Below, in pieces: positions 25,527-26,357 of a DNA stretch of 26,357 nt (the stretch's first letter is position 1; each line of letters begins with the position of its first letter). Made by a program: the position numbers and the translations under genes. Source of the stretch: Bacilli bacterium (lineage in GTDB: Bacteria > Bacillota_I > Bacilli_A > RF39 > UBA660); contig JAZUAY010000171.1 in the NCBI GenBank assembly GCA_045638205.1, forward strand, positions 1 to 26,357, given 5' to 3'. The notes below the pieces were generated by a model, which saw nothing but the letters and a program-made list of their open reading frames with translations, made no database searches and was not told the DNA's origin.

Positions 25527-26324
25527 ATGGATAATATAATGATTTCAATAATCACACCATTATATAATAGTTCCAAATTTCTAAAAGATACAATAGATTG
25601 TGTTATAAATCAAACGTATAAAAATTGGGAATTAATATTGGTAGATGATTGTTCAACGGATGATTCATATGAAATAGCAAAAGAATATAGACAAAAAGAT
25701 AATCGTATAAAAGTATATAGGTTGAAAGAAAATAGCGGGGCTGCTCAAGCAAGAAATTATGCATTAAAAAAATCAAAAGGTAGATTTGTTGCATATTTAG
25801 ATAGTGATGATTTATGGAAAAAAAATAAACTAAAAATACAATTAGACTATATGATAAAACATAACTATGCTTTTAGTTGTACAGATTATGAAAAAATTAA
25901 AGAGAATGGAAATACCTTAAACAAAATAGTAAAGATACCTAAAAAAGTTAATTATAATTTATTTTTGAGAAATACAATAATTCAAACAGTAGGTGTTATG
26001 GTGGATACAAAAAAAACAGGTAAGGCCATATTAAAAATGCCAAATATTAGAAGAAGACAAGATGCTGCAACATGGTGCCAAATATTAAAACAAGGTTATA
26101 ATTGTTATGAAGTACCTTTCAATTTGTCATATTATAGAGTTGTTAGTAATTCACTTTCTAGTAATAAACTAAAAGCAATTAAAACAAATTGGTATTGGTA
26201 TAGAAAAATAGAAAAACTACCACTAACAAAAACCATATATTGTTTTATTGGATATGCTATAAATGCAGTAAAAAAAAGATTATATATAGAAAGGATATTA
26301 AATAATGAATCAATATTTAAATAA
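25527..26324 (+). CDS. Glycosyltransferase family 2
   Basis: ISIITPLYNS, LILVDDCSTD, GAAQARN, AYLDSDDLW. Confidence 0.92.
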   Translation: MDNIMISIITPLYNSSKFLKDTIDCVINQTYKNWELILVDDCSTDDSYEIAKEYRQKDNRIKVYRLKENSGAAQARNYALKKSKGRFVAYLDSDDLWKKNKLKIQLDYMIKHNYAFSCTDYEKIKENGNTLNKIVKIPKKVNYNLFLRNTIIQTVGVMVDTKKTGKAILKMPNIRRRQDAATWCQILKQGYNCYEVPFNLSYYRVVSNSLSSNKLKAIKTNWYWYRKIEKLPLTKTIYCFIGYAINAVKKRLYIERILNNESIFK

Positions 26325-26357
26325 ACTACTTTTAAAATTATATATAGATAAAATAAG
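26305..26357 (+). CDS. Start of the next capsule-locus gene (3'-partial)
   Basis: ATG 26305 after aaggat, open to the window end (MNQYLNKLLLKLYIDKI), overlapping the GT2 stop. Confidence 0.4.
   Translation, partial: MNQYLNKLLLKLYIDKI

Noticed and set aside
1855-25794. Minus-strand and overlapping short ORFs in the ORF track (e.g. 1855-2097, 3617-3805, 3822-4043, 4392-4583, 8802-8990, 9398-9646, 9785-10006, 10610-10792, 12003-12209, 16737-16928, 18688-18960, 20974-21360, 22017-22199, 22568-22750, 23216-23749, 25603-25794)
   Set aside because: They lie antisense to or inside well-supported genes or repeats, have low-complexity F/L/I/S/Y-rich composition typical of AT-rich shadow frames, and show no recognisable motifs.
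1-26357. tRNA/rRNA genes, reverse transcriptase (DGR/retron), recoded genetic code
   Set aside because: No tRNA- or rRNA-like segments or RT ORF were seen. Long ORFs use TGG for Trp and end normally at TGA/TAA/TAG.

Overview
This is a very AT-rich Bacillota chromosome segment (genetic code 11). A gut Bacilli lineage such as RF39 or Erysipelotrichales is a guess only. The right third is housekeeping and capsule DNA: rbgA(ylqF), rnhB with an N-terminal nucleotidyltransferase-like extension, a frameshifted BRO gene, topA, then the start of a Wzz/Wzc-type capsule locus. The left 17.6 kb is a tandem array of mostly single-gene, co-oriented cassettes stacked against the 5' end of the essential gene rbgA. 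Ten junctions each carry a stranded copy of the rbgA RBS and first codons (M-N-E-N-K-T-N-I-N-W/C). Each copy switches to non-rbgA sequence at the same point, at the W codon of [10 protein letters not shown] conserved ~150-bp leader bounded by direct repeats (S1, S2) follows. Five cassettes end in a tail made of an INVERTED copy of the other half of the rbgA site (PGHMA codons), a third direct repeat (S3) exactly 32 nt later, and an extended -10 promoter. S1/S2/S3 co-vary within a cassette. A second, independent family of 28-bp 11-6-11 palindromic sites flanks an Lsa-type ABC-F gene, an ASCH gene and a small hypothetical gene. Other cargo includes NUDIX, HAD, GrpB, VOC/glyoxalase, HTH-WYL, peptidase, ART-like and C26 hydrolase genes, plus decayed ARH, RhuM, BRO and MobV relaxase genes and an IS110. 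No integrase is encoded in the window. The array looks like an integron-like or CIME-like gene-capture platform using an essential gene as its attachment site. The mechanism is inferred, not shown.
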